Position numbers and translations under genes: made by a program. This document shows positions 8,950 through 17,874 of a stretch of DNA of 64,000 nt, piece by piece. Positions within the stretch are counted from its first letter, which is position 1; each line of letters starts with the position of its first letter. The DNA is from Candidatus Micrarchaeota archaeon (GTDB taxonomy: Archaea > Micrarchaeota > Micrarchaeia > Micrarchaeales > CABMGC01): positions 65,077 through 129,076 of the forward strand of contig JAKAVK010000022.1 in assembly GCA_021817325.1 (NCBI GenBank). The letters run 5' to 3'. The notes under the pieces are model-generated. The model saw nothing but the letters and a program-made list of their open reading frames with translations, searched no databases and was not told the origin of the DNA.

Positions 8950-9268
8950 CCCCGCTGCGCGTGGCGTTGTGGGATCTCCTTTCCAGGAGATGCGCTTCCA
9001 TCACTACAACATGTATTGCACTGGCAAGGGGATTGTTATGGCCAAGTTTGTTTGAAGTGCGCCGCAGGTATCTATTGAACTCTCCCCCATTTGTGTGGCG
9101 GGCAATGAATCGGGGAGTATGAGGGTTGTCCAGCATCTCCCTGATTACCCCGTGCGGAATACCATCGCGCCTCATTATGCTGTCTGCTAGGCGCGCGAGT
9201 TCGTGCTCGCTTATTGACCTTATCCTGCTCCTCATCGTCATGCTAACATCTCGGATACTGGCCGGCAA
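8924..9268 (-). CDS. Hypothetical protein
   Basis: 114-aa ORF with protein-like composition (ISEHELARLADSIMRRDGIPHGVIREMLDNPHTPRFIARH...). I recognise no family. Confidence 0.4.
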   Translation of the reverse strand: MPASIRDVSMTMRSRIRSISEHELARLADSIMRRDGIPHGVIREMLDNPHTPRFIARHTNGGEFNRYLRRTSNKLGHNNPLASAIHVVVMEAHLLERRSHNATRSGDDHKTDTE

Positions 9269-9500
9269 CGGTAATTGGGGCCTTACAACCTAGTAGGAAT
9301 ATGATAAAGCAGGCTTGGCCTATTTATATATTACCTAGATTTGCAGGTTCAACAACCTCTTTTGCTATTTCATAACCTGCAGGTCTAACAGGCTGGGGAT
9401 GGGCCATGGCGGGGTACTTGGATATGGCCTGCTGCTACTTGGCAGCCTCTCTGGCAGCAATGATGCCAATTGACTGGCAAGTAAGATTGGACCTGTGCTG

Positions 9501-9632
9501 CTAATCAGTAGATATCTCGTTGGCAAGGCTGGATCTCTTCTTGGAGAGCACCCTGTAACCGCAGTATGGGCATCTGATGAACTTCTCCAGATTCTTTATC
9601 TCCTTCTTGCAATGCAGACAAACGTATGCCAT
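9501..9632 (-). CDS. rpoP: DNA-directed RNA polymerase subunit P (Rpo12/RPABC4)
   Basis: Not in the ORF track because it is only 43 aa. Hand translation gives MAYVCLHCKKEIKNLEKFIRCPYCGYRVLSKKRSSLANEISTD, with the CxxC...CPYCG zinc ribbon typical of RpoP. It sits in the L37Ae operon, as in other archaea. Confidence 0.8.
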   Translation of the reverse strand: MAYVCLHCKKEIKNLEKFIRCPYCGYRVLSKKRSSLANEISTD

Positions 9633-9637
9633 TGTGA

Positions 9638-10000
9638 TCACATCTTAACATTATTCTTTAGCCATGTGGTAAAATCCTTATGCAGCTTTGAGTTGCTGGT
9701 GTCTATTATGCGCACATTCATCGAGGCCTTATACTCCTCCTCGTTGAGCGCCATGATCGGCTTGTACTCCTCCATCCTCGAAAAATGCACCTCGAGCCAG
9801 TGTATCTTGCCCTTCATGTAGTCCCTTACCACATCGTCGGTCATCGGAAGCGACGAAAAGCTGAAGAGCACCCCATCGCACCAGTATAGTGGCATCGTTC
9901 CCGCGGGAGTGACTCTCTCCCTGAGAAGGTCCATCTGGCCTACAGAGACTACCTCGTGTATCACTAGCTCGCCTGCCGGTTCGAATGATATCTTGACCAT
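9638..10000 (-). CDS. Hypothetical protein in the exosome/L37Ae/RpoP operon
   Basis: 120-aa ORF tightly packed between rpl37ae (1-nt gap) and rpoP (5-nt gap). It occupies the position usually held by a Brix/IMP4-like gene, but I cannot recognise Brix motifs. Confidence 0.5.
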   Translation of the reverse strand: MVKISFEPAGELVIHEVVSVGQMDLLRERVTPAGTMPLYWCDGVLFSFSSLPMTDDVVRDYMKGKIHWLEVHFSRMEEYKPIMALNEEEYKASMNVRIIDTSNSKLHKDFTTWLKNNVKM

Positions 10001-10001
10001 T

Positions 10002-10250
10002 TTATCCGCTCGTCCTGCTGATAATCATGTTTGCAGCTTCTCCAGCGGCAGTCTTGAAGGAATATGCGCCTCCCGCAAAGACCGCATCACAGTACCTGCA
10101 CTTCCATATTCCTGTGCTTACCCGCTTGACAGCGAGTTTGCCGCACACGTCGCACTTATACTTCGCCTGCTTCTCCCGCTGCACGGCTCTGTACCTCTTC
10201 CTGAGGCTTACTCCGTACCTTACGCTAGCATTTGCCATCTTACTCACCAA
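10002..10250 (-). CDS. rpl37ae: 50S ribosomal protein L37Ae (eL43)
   Basis: VRYGVSLRKRY...KYKCDVCGK...WKCRYCDAVFAGGAY is the classic eL43 zinc ribbon. Confidence 0.9.
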   Translation of the reverse strand: MVSKMANASVRYGVSLRKRYRAVQREKQAKYKCDVCGKLAVKRVSTGIWKCRYCDAVFAGGAYSFKTAAGEAANMIISRTSG

Positions 10251-11037
10251 TTGCTTTCTTGATTATCTGCCTTAGCTCCCTTGACTTCTCGAATGCGGTG
10301 TCCATCATCTCATCTATCTCGTCGAAAGAGAACGCACCATTGAGGCCCTTCTGCACGGCCCTTATCGAATGCTCGTCGTTTGCGATTGTCAGGCGCGAAT
10401 CTATGAACAACTCCTCGTTGGCAGTCGGATCAAGTATGAGCCTATGCAGTATGTTCCCGAATGTGCACGATGTGACTATGTTCGCAGTGGGCAGCTTGCC
10501 GAGGTTACCGCTCCTTACCACCTTGCCCGTCTCCCCCTCCTTCTCGTATTTTGGCATGCGCGAACTGAGAAGCGCAGCGGAGGCGGCCAGTGAGCTGGCG
10601 TCGAAGAGATTGCCATCGTAGTTGAGCACGTATAGATCCACGAAGACGCTCCATACCTTGTCCTTCTCTATGAACAGCTTGCCCATGTCTACCACGTTCG
10701 CGGCCCTTATGCCCCTGTCAACAACCCTTGCCAGCTCTATGGCCTCGGGCCCTGGAGGCCCGGTCTCATAGTCCCCAGATGCCAGAGGCAAGAGCTCTGC
10801 TGCAGTCATTAGGTTGCCCTCCTCCGGCTTATCTGCCATCGGCTCTGCAACATCGATCTTGATTCCTGCAAGAACCCTAGTCTGGCCGATGCTGGCTTCT
10901 GCTGATCCCTCGGCGTTTGGCATGGTGCCTATTTTGAGATTGATGGGCCGGTAGTCGAACATCTTCCTTCCATCCTCCCTGTAGCTTTTGGTTATCATAT
11001 CCTTTATGTACTCCCCGGTTATGGTGCTTGTCTTCAT
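10240..11037 (-). CDS. rrp42: Exosome complex component Rrp42 (RNase PH-like, inactive subunit)
   Basis: REDGRKMFDYRPINLKIG...AEGSAEASIGQTRVLAGIK matches the RNase PH domain pattern. It lies downstream of rrp41. Confidence 0.85.
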   Translation of the reverse strand: MKTSTITGEYIKDMITKSYREDGRKMFDYRPINLKIGTMPNAEGSAEASIGQTRVLAGIKIDVAEPMADKPEEGNLMTAAELLPLASGDYETGPPGPEAIELARVVDRGIRAANVVDMGKLFIEKDKVWSVFVDLYVLNYDGNLFDASSLAASAALLSSRMPKYEKEGETGKVVRSGNLGKLPTANIVTSCTFGNILHRLILDPTANEELFIDSRLTIANDEHSIRAVQKGLNGAFSFDEIDEMMDTAFEKSRELRQIIKKAIGE

Positions 11038-11041
11038 AATA

Positions 11042-11818
11042 TCACGCTTGTGCAGGCTGCGGCTGGTTGCTAGGCACGGCCTTGTACTTATCAGCTATCT
11101 GCTCGTACGGCAGCCTCAGCGCGTCGCGCTGCTTCTTGCTTATCACTTCGCCCGCCTTTCTTGCCATCTGCAGGGCCTCCATTATCTGCTCTCTTGACAT
11201 GGAACCGTCCATCTGGAAGAGCAGTACCTTGCCCTGCCTTGGGCTTATGGCTATTGGAACATCCGCATCAGAGTAATTATCCTCTATCATGTTGAGATCA
11301 AGCACGAGCTGCTCCCCTATCTTGCCTACCGAGACCCCATAAGGAAGGTCTGTCATCGGTATGCCTGACGTAGCAAGCGCCACTGCTGCCACGGTGATTC
11401 CCGCTGCCCTCGTTCCGCCGTCCCCCTGCAGCACCTCTATGTATAGGTCTATCTCGCTGCCGGGGAACTTGTCCAGCTGTATCACGTTCTCAAATGTCTC
11501 CCTTGTTACCTTGGATATCTCTGTGGCGCGCCTATTCGGGCCGGTCCGTCCGTGGCCTTCGAGGGAAGAGAACGGGGCCATCTGGTACCTGCACTTTATG
11601 ATCGCTTTCTCCGGATCGGAGACGTGTTTTGGCAGCGCCTCCTTTGGCCCGTATACCGCAGCGAGTATCTTGTTGTTGCCCCACTCGATGTAGGCGGAAC
11701 CTACCGCATTCTTTACCGTATTGGCTTCGATCTTTATCTCCCTCAGTTCGTCAAATGCCCTACCGTCGAGCCTCTTCCCGTTGACTATCAATTCTGGTTT
11801 ATTTGCTCCTCCGCCCAT
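11042..11818 (-). CDS. rrp41: Exosome complex exonuclease Rrp41
   Basis: RLDGRAFDELREIKIEANTVKNAVGSAYIEWGNNKILAAVYGPKE plus GTRAAGITVAAVAL is the RNase PH signature. Confidence 0.9.
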   Translation of the reverse strand: MGGGANKPELIVNGKRLDGRAFDELREIKIEANTVKNAVGSAYIEWGNNKILAAVYGPKEALPKHVSDPEKAIIKCRYQMAPFSSLEGHGRTGPNRRATEISKVTRETFENVIQLDKFPGSEIDLYIEVLQGDGGTRAAGITVAAVALATSGIPMTDLPYGVSVGKIGEQLVLDLNMIEDNYSDADVPIAISPRQGKVLLFQMDGSMSREQIMEALQMARKAGEVISKKQRDALRLPYEQIADKYKAVPSNQPQPAQA

Positions 11819-11820
11819 AG

Positions 11821-12426
11821 TTACACCTTCTTGCCGGCCTCGAGCATGCTCTTCACCCTCTCGGTAAGACCGTTTGTGTGCGCCTCGTCTTGTATTGTGA
11901 GTATCGCCCGGGTGGCCAGATCCATGTTGCCGCCGTTTAGCCAGATGAGGCCGTTCATGCCTACCTTTATATTGGACTGGGTCTCCATGCTCAGTTGCCT
12001 TATCATCGTGTTGCCCCTGCCCAGTACCCTTGGTATCTTCGATGGTTTCAGATACAGTATCTTGCCGCCAGACAACCTCCTCGGCCTTGCGAGCATTGCT
12101 GTCTTGGTCTTGTCGAGCTCCTTGACCGTTGCCTCTATGATGTCTCCTGCGATGAGATCGCCTTCGACATCCTTTGAAAATATAAGTCCGCGGTATGGCG
12201 CGTCAAGCGCGACCGTATATACGTTGAACTTATCCTCCTCTATTATTCCTATCACGTTGTCTCCTCCGCGAGGGTACCACAACCCTTCCAGAGGGGTGAG
12301 GATCTTCTTCTCGTCATCGTAGAGGGCCATCAGCGTGGAGTATGTCCTGCCGCCGTCTATTATGGTATTGTCTATCCTAAGAGGCTTGTCTGCAAGCTCC
12401 TCTCCAGGAACCACTATTCTTTGCAT
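11821..12426 (-). CDS. rrp4: Exosome complex RNA-binding protein Rrp4 (S1 + KH)
   Basis: VVPGEEL N-terminus, S1-like YPRGGDNVIGII, and KH-like GRGNTMIRQLSMETQSNIKVGMNGLIWL. Confidence 0.85.
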   Translation of the reverse strand: MQRIVVPGEELADKPLRIDNTIIDGGRTYSTLMALYDDEKKILTPLEGLWYPRGGDNVIGIIEEDKFNVYTVALDAPYRGLIFSKDVEGDLIAGDIIEATVKELDKTKTAMLARPRRLSGGKILYLKPSKIPRVLGRGNTMIRQLSMETQSNIKVGMNGLIWLNGGNMDLATRAILTIQDEAHTNGLTERVKSMLEAGKKV

Positions 12427-12447
12427 TTTCTTAACACCTTTCTAATA

Positions 12448-13140
12448 TCATTGTATTGCTTTGGTTATTGCGCTTCCTCTTGTCATGTTGTTCAGTTTCT
12501 CGTAGAACTCCGATTGGAGGCCGGCGGGAAATTCGAGGATCGCCTTGAGCGAGCCATCGCCCTGCCATTCCTCCGACTTCAGGCCGTACTGCTTCATCAG
12601 GCCGTAGCACCGGTTTGCTGAATCAGGAGGCAGGATGACCTCCAGCTTCAAGGTTGCAAACTTGAGGGGCAGTATGACGTTCAGTTTCTTTATTATCGCA
12701 TCAAGCTGCTCGTTTGCGCTCTTGAAAGGGTCTATAGTTACCCTCGCTTCCTGCATTGCGTTTTCGATGCGCTGCGCCGGGTGCGGCGCGTTTGTGCGCG
12801 GGTCTATAGAGTTGCGCGAGATTATGCTGATTATCTGCTTTCTCTTGTCTTCGAGGAGTTTGTTGCGCTGCTCAGTTGTTACAGGGACATTCCCCCTCTT
12901 TAATATTACCTCAACTATTTTGGCCATGTCTTCAGTGTTGAATGCTTTCCTTATCTTCTCCTTCGACTGCCTCTTTCCCTTGTTTGCATCTTCGAAGATC
13001 TCCTCCACCTGGAGGGCTGCCATTGGATTGGTGCTCTTTCCGGTCATGTAGGCATAGGCAGAGTCCGAGTCAACGAATATCTCGAATTCGTCCCCGTTCA
13101 CTGAATATTTCGCTATAACCGTCTTCGACATTGCACTCAC
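12448..13140 (-). CDS. sdo1: SBDS family ribosome maturation protein (Sdo1)
   Basis: [28 protein letters not shown] is a FYSH-domain-like N-terminus. Length is 230 aa. It holds the conserved position between psmA and rrp4. Confidence 0.8.
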   Translation of the reverse strand: MSAMSKTVIAKYSVNGDEFEIFVDSDSAYAYMTGKSTNPMAALQVEEIFEDANKGKRQSKEKIRKAFNTEDMAKIVEVILKRGNVPVTTEQRNKLLEDKRKQIISIISRNSIDPRTNAPHPAQRIENAMQEARVTIDPFKSANEQLDAIIKKLNVILPLKFATLKLEVILPPDSANRCYGLMKQYGLKSEEWQGDGSLKAILEFPAGLQSEFYEKLNNMTRGSAITKAIQ

Positions 13141-13142
13141 GG

Positions 13143-13847
13143 CTACAGGTACCCGAGCAACTTTTCAGGAGTCAGCATTACGAACTCTTCGTTGCCTTTT
13201 ATGTAGCCTATATCCATATTGTCCTCGTTTACCTTCTCTTCGCTTATCTTTTTAACTATCTTGACCCCTAGGCCTATCGCGTCGTCTACACTCATGTTCT
13301 TCTTGTAATCCTTTACGAGTATCTCCGTCGCAATCTTCTTTCCCGAACCTATCGCGTCAGCCTGATAGCCGAGGAACGATGCGCCGGGCTCTATCTCGAA
13401 AAGTCTCGGTTCGGAGTCTATCCCTCCGACAAGCATTGATACTGCGTAAGGCCTGAGGCCTCCGTACTGGGTTGCCTGCATCATATACGCTGATATGTTC
13501 TTTGCGAGCGCCTCGACAGACTTGACATCGTCATAGATTAGCCTGTGGTTCTGTGCCTGGGACCTTGCCATGTCTATTATGTGCAGGCCGTCCGCAACCA
13601 TGCCGCTGTATGTGGCGCCTATGTGTGAGTCGACCCTGAACACCTTCTGTATCGTGAGGGGGACCGCAAGAGGCTCCATTATGTTCTTGTGCGCGACGAA
13701 GACCACACTGTTGTCAGCTATGAGTCCTATCGAAGTTGCGCCCTTCCGGACAGCCTCCTTTGCGTATTCCACCTGGAATAGCCTTCCGTCGGGGTTGAAC
13801 ATCACGCCTCTGTCATATGCTTGTACGTTTGGATACATATTTTGCAC
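13143..13847 (-). CDS. psmA: Proteasome subunit alpha
   Basis: [32 protein letters not shown] is the alpha-subunit signature. Confidence 0.9.
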   Translation of the reverse strand: MQNMYPNVQAYDRGVMFNPDGRLFQVEYAKEAVRKGATSIGLIADNSVVFVAHKNIMEPLAVPLTIQKVFRVDSHIGATYSGMVADGLHIIDMARSQAQNHRLIYDDVKSVEALAKNISAYMMQATQYGGLRPYAVSMLVGGIDSEPRLFEIEPGASFLGYQADAIGSGKKIATEILVKDYKKNMSVDDAIGLGVKIVKKISEEKVNEDNMDIGYIKGNEEFVMLTPEKLLGYL

Positions 13848-13982
13848 CGATTTGTTCTCAATATTTTATAGGAATTGAGACTTACTAGTATACAATATAG
13901 TAGCGTATTTGTATTGAAAGTTTATATAACTTGTGATTATGGCTGTGTCCTGATCGCCCATACGGCTGCGGCGGCATGCGCC

Positions 13983-14651
13983 TCAGCGCGGCTGAAACCT
14001 CTTGGCAGGCTTCCTCCTGATATACATGACCAGGCCTGCTATCGCCAGAATGGCTACCACAGCTACGGCCACCAGAATGAGGTTCGAGATCAAAGATGAG
14101 TTCTGCGAGGCGGCAGGCGGGGTTGCGGTGTTGTTTAGATGAACCTGCGGCTGGCTGACAATTGGGGTGGTGCCATTGTAAGCGGTTGTGGCATTCTGCG
14201 GCGGCGCTGTTGGCAGCGGCGGTTGAGCAGTACTATTTAGCGTAGGGTTGACAGCAGATACGTTGCCGAAATTTGCGGCCTCTGCGACATTGCTATTAAG
14301 CACAATGGTAGTGCTGTAGTTCAGTCCTGCATAGCATCCCGTACCCGCGCATGTCCAGCCGTTAAAGTTCTGGTTCGTAGTCACAAATAAGATGATCGTT
14401 GTGCCACATGGGAACTGGTACGTATTATTGAACGGGTAGAAGGACTCCCCCGTGGCATTATCATAAAATTGTATGGTGCCGTAGCCGTTAACTACCCCGG
14501 TAAGGTTGCATTCTGGAGCCACGTGCGTAGTGGCGCTTGCATTGGAAGCAGAGTTTGTTGGAACGGGCGCGGCTGCATTTAATCCGTAAAGAAGCGCAGC
14601 GAGTAGCAGCGCTGCAACAGCCACTTGCATCCCCTTCCGATACACCGGCAT
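13983..14651 (-). CDS. Secreted, C-terminally membrane-anchored glycoprotein with a Cys4 repeat-like domain
   Basis: Signal peptide (AVAALLLAALLYGLNA), many N-x-S/T sequons, a T/P/N-rich stalk, and a C-terminal TM helix plus basic tail (LILVAVAVVAILAIAGLVMYIRRK). Paralogous to 14733..15581. Confidence 0.7.
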   Translation of the reverse strand: MPVYRKGMQVAVAALLLAALLYGLNAAAPVPTNSASNASATTHVAPECNLTGVVNGYGTIQFYDNATGESFYPFNNTYQFPCGTTIILFVTTNQNFNGWTCAGTGCYAGLNYSTTIVLNSNVAEAANFGNVSAVNPTLNSTAQPPLPTAPPQNATTAYNGTTPIVSQPQVHLNNTATPPAASQNSSLISNLILVAVAVVAILAIAGLVMYIRRKPAKRFQPR

Positions 14652-14732
14652 AACCTAACCTTCTCGCCGGTAATTTAAATAACATGCTGTTTAGGGCTTG
14701 AATGTGCTTCTCCACTGCCGTACTGGGAGCTT

Positions 14733-15581
14733 TCAGAAACCCTTGACTTTGAGGAGGATTATCGCTACCAACACTATCGCTGCGCCTATCGCTAGTATTA
14801 TCAGCGCAGTTCCTGTACCAGAGCCTGGGCTTCCCCCTCCTGAGCCGCTCTGCGCACTTATAGAGGACAAATTCTTGAAATATGCATCCTCCGTGATATT
14901 GCCATTGAGCACAATAGTCACATTGGTTTCGGCCCCCGAGTAGCAACTTGGGCCGCTGCATGTCCACTGCGTGAATGCTGTGGAATTTGAAAGGGCCTCT
15001 ATGTTGACCGTACTTCCGCATGGGAACAGATAGGTTGAATTTGACGTGACGTAGTTCGAGGAGCTGGATGCATTGTAGAAATTGATCTCCCCAGGACCGT
15101 ACACAACCCCGGTAAGTTTGCATTCCTGGACCTGCGCGGGCTGCGTGGACGAGCTGTTGGATTGGGAGCTTATCACGACATCCTCAGGCAGAGTGCAATC
15201 GGTTGAATTGGTCTTCAGATAGAAAGTATAGTCGCACGCCTCGAATGCGTAGCTCCCCGCCTTGAGCTTATCTGTATTGTATGTGACATTCCTGTGTATG
15301 AGACTTCTTGTCAGGAGGTAGTCTGCGCGCCCTGCGCATACTGACGTCTGAGCGCCACCAGTATTGTAGCTGCCGCATATGACAATGTAATCACTCAGGT
15401 TATTTGAGCTGTTTGTGAACGTCTCGTTTATTGCAGCAAAGATGGTGTTGTTCTGGCCCACTACCGTGGAGTTGCTCTGTATGCTGATGTTGATTGGCAC
15501 AGGTATGTAGAACGCGTGCACTCCGGATGAGAGCATGCTTAGCAGCAGCGCCACTGCGATTGGCGTCCAGTGTTTGATCAT
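14733..15581 (-). CDS. Secreted, C-terminally membrane-anchored glycoprotein, paralog of 13983..14651 with an extra N-terminal domain
   Basis: Signal peptide (IAVALLLSMLSSGVHA). It shares the domain ECKLTGVVYGPGEINFY...FPCGSTV...WTCSGPSCYSG...TIVLNGNITEDAYF. A G/S linker and C-terminal TM helix follow. Confidence 0.7.
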   Translation of the reverse strand: MIKHWTPIAVALLLSMLSSGVHAFYIPVPINISIQSNSTVVGQNNTIFAAINETFTNSSNNLSDYIVICGSYNTGGAQTSVCAGRADYLLTRSLIHRNVTYNTDKLKAGSYAFEACDYTFYLKTNSTDCTLPEDVVISSQSNSSSTQPAQVQECKLTGVVYGPGEINFYNASSSSNYVTSNSTYLFPCGSTVNIEALSNSTAFTQWTCSGPSCYSGAETNVTIVLNGNITEDAYFKNLSSISAQSGSGGGSPGSGTGTALIILAIGAAIVLVAIILLKVKGF

Positions 15582-15776
15582 ATATCAGATCTTTCCGGAC
15601 GTTGTTTAATAATCTTTCGCGCGGCACCTGATGGTCAGGAAAGCAAGATACCCTTTCAGGGGGATAGACTGCGATCGGTATTTGGCCGCTGTTGTCCTAG
15701 TCGGCCCTTTCAAAAGCCAGGTACTCACCAGAAACTGTTATATGCTTTATAGAAGCAACTACTATTTGGTGATATA

Positions 15777-16568
15777 ATGGAGGCGGCAACCCCTACCCCT
15801 AATGCTACGCAAGGTGCTCAGCAGTCATTTGCGCGGGTAGTGAACCAGAAGCAGGAGATACGGAAAAAACTCTCTGGGATAAAGCATAGGATCGGGGTTT
15901 ACAGCGCGAAAGGAGGGGTTGGCAAGACCACGGTTGCAGTCAACCTGGCATTCACCCTAAGGCAGATGGGTTACAAGGTAGGCCTCTTGGATGCTGATAT
16001 AGACTGCCCTAACATAACCCTCTTCCTCGGCCTGAACGAGGTTACTGATGCTGTTTACCCGCTTGTGCCGAAGGAAAAGGATGGCGTAAAGGTGTTATCA
16101 ACAGCCATGTTCCTAGACGACCAGAAGAAGCCCATAATATGGAGGGGGCCGCTGATCGGCAAGATGATCGCTGAGTTCTTCGAGAATGCAGAGTGGGGCG
16201 AGCTGGATTACCTGATACTGGACCTTGCGCCAGGCACTAGCGATGCGCCACTCTCGATAATGCAATTGCTCGACATGGATGGCTTCGTACTCGTCACCAC
16301 CCCGCAACACATAGCGGCGGTGAATGCCATACGCTCAGGAAGGATGGCAAAGCGCATGGGGGTGGCGGTTCTTGGTGTTGTGGAGAATATGTCTAATGGG
16401 ACAGGAGGAGGCGCAGCGGAGGTCGGCGAGGCGCTGGGGTGCGAGGTGCTTGGCAGCATAAGGATGAACAAGAAGCTAGATGAACTCAGCGACAGGGGCC
16501 TTGTAGCCGTGCTGACAGATGCAGATATAAAGAGTGAGTTCGAAATCATAGCGGGCAAACTGGTGTAG
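15777..16568 (+). CDS. Mrp/NBP35 family Fe-S cluster carrier ATPase
   Basis: Deviant Walker A GVYSAKGGVGKTTVAVNLA and DLAPGTSD. Length is 263 aa. Confidence 0.85.
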   Translation: MEAATPTPNATQGAQQSFARVVNQKQEIRKKLSGIKHRIGVYSAKGGVGKTTVAVNLAFTLRQMGYKVGLLDADIDCPNITLFLGLNEVTDAVYPLVPKEKDGVKVLSTAMFLDDQKKPIIWRGPLIGKMIAEFFENAEWGELDYLILDLAPGTSDAPLSIMQLLDMDGFVLVTTPQHIAAVNAIRSGRMAKRMGVAVLGVVENMSNGTGGGAAEVGEALGCEVLGSIRMNKKLDELSDRGLVAVLTDADIKSEFEIIAGKLV

Positions 16569-16576
16569 GTGCGTGC

Positions 16577-17797
16577 ATGGCTGAGCCTTTCTCCAACATA
16601 TTCAAGGAATCTAAGATATTCGCCAATAGAGAAGTTCTCTCACCGCACTATATACCAAACCATCTGCTCTTCAGGGATGCGCAGATCAACAATATAGTCA
16701 AGTTCATGACGCCATCGCTGAGGGGGGAGAGGGGCCGCAATCTCTTCATCTACGGAAAGACCGGCACTGGAAAGACCTCATGTATGAAGTATGTGATAGA
16801 CAAGATAAGAGAACTTCCAAGCCTCAAGGCGAAGATCTCTTTTGTGAATTGCAGGATATACAACTCCAGGTACAGGGTTCTCAACAAGATAACAAGCGAC
16901 CACATGCCGTTGTACGCAAAGCGTGGGTATGGAATCATAGACATATACGAGAGAATAATAAACTGGATCGATGAGGATGGAAAGGTTTTGATAGTGGCTC
17001 TCGATGAGGTTGATGTAGTGCGCGATCTTGACGACCTCGTCTATACGCTGACCAGGGCCAATAGCGACATAAAATCCGGGGGCATAATGATGGTGGGGAT
17101 ATCCAACAAGGTCTCCTTCAAGGATGACCTGGACCCCCGGAGCAGGTCCACGCTTTACGAGAATGAACTTGCATTCCCGCCATACAACTCGAAGGAACTT
17201 GGGGAGATACTCAAGGACAGGGCCGCGAACGGATTCAAGTCGGGCAGGATAGAGGGAGAGGCCATAAGCCTGGCTGCAGCACACGCCGCCAAGGAGAGCG
17301 GTGATGCGAGGCTTGCGCTCAAGATACTTTCCAAGGCCGGGGAGATAGCGGAGGAGAAGGACCTTGACTGCGTGACTTCAAAGGAGGTCAATGACGCCGC
17401 AAAAGAGGCCGACGAGGAGATTGCATACGATCTGGTCTATACGCTTCCTGAACACCAGAAACTTATCGTATATGCCATAGCGCTGCTCAGCGGCCAAGGT
17501 AGCAAGTACAAGAAGCTTACCGAAGGAACCGATACTTACATATTCAGCGGTGAAGTATACAGCAGGTATGCGGCGCTTGCCGACTCGCTACACCGGGAGG
17601 CTAAGAGCTCCCGTTGGTACAGGAAGTACATATCGGACCTTGAGATGCAGGGGCTCATAGTGACATACGAGTCTGGGAAGGGGATCAGGGGGCATACGAA
17701 GCTGATAAAGCTTGCCTATCAGCCTGATAAGATAAAGAGCATAATAGAGAAGGGTCTCTTCAACGAGACCGAGGCAACAGGCGAAGCTGCGCGGTAG
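16577..17797 (+). CDS. cdc6: Orc1/Cdc6 replication initiator
   Basis: LFRDAQI..., Walker A YGKTGTGKTS, Walker B VALDEVD, and a C-terminal winged helix. Length is 406 aa. Confidence 0.9.
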   Translation: MAEPFSNIFKESKIFANREVLSPHYIPNHLLFRDAQINNIVKFMTPSLRGERGRNLFIYGKTGTGKTSCMKYVIDKIRELPSLKAKISFVNCRIYNSRYRVLNKITSDHMPLYAKRGYGIIDIYERIINWIDEDGKVLIVALDEVDVVRDLDDLVYTLTRANSDIKSGGIMMVGISNKVSFKDDLDPRSRSTLYENELAFPPYNSKELGEILKDRAANGFKSGRIEGEAISLAAAHAAKESGDARLALKILSKAGEIAEEKDLDCVTSKEVNDAAKEADEEIAYDLVYTLPEHQKLIVYAIALLSGQGSKYKKLTEGTDTYIFSGEVYSRYAALADSLHREAKSSRWYRKYISDLEMQGLIVTYESGKGIRGHTKLIKLAYQPDKIKSIIEKGLFNETEATGEAAR

Positions 17798-17874
17798 ACT
17801 AGCTTGTTGATACGGAGTTTGCGATCGCACTGCAGCAGGCGTGATGCCGGATGTCGTATCGTTTAGGATAGTCG

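Noticed and set aside
9638-10000. Calling the 120-aa operon gene a Brix/IMP4 domain protein on positional grounds
   Set aside because: It has no basic N-terminus and no Brix-like motifs that I could align by eye. I left it as hypothetical.
14488-15123. 211-aa minus-strand ORF spanning the gap between the two surface glycoprotein genes
   Set aside because: It is out of frame with both well-supported paralogs. Its translation is Cys/Arg/Gln-rich with no features. It overlaps the start of 13983..14651 and the end of 14733..15581.
15582-15776. Possible replication origin upstream of the mrp-cdc6 pair
   Set aside because: No ORB-like repeats or extended AT-rich tract are visible. The region is only 195 bp of ordinary promoter-like sequence.
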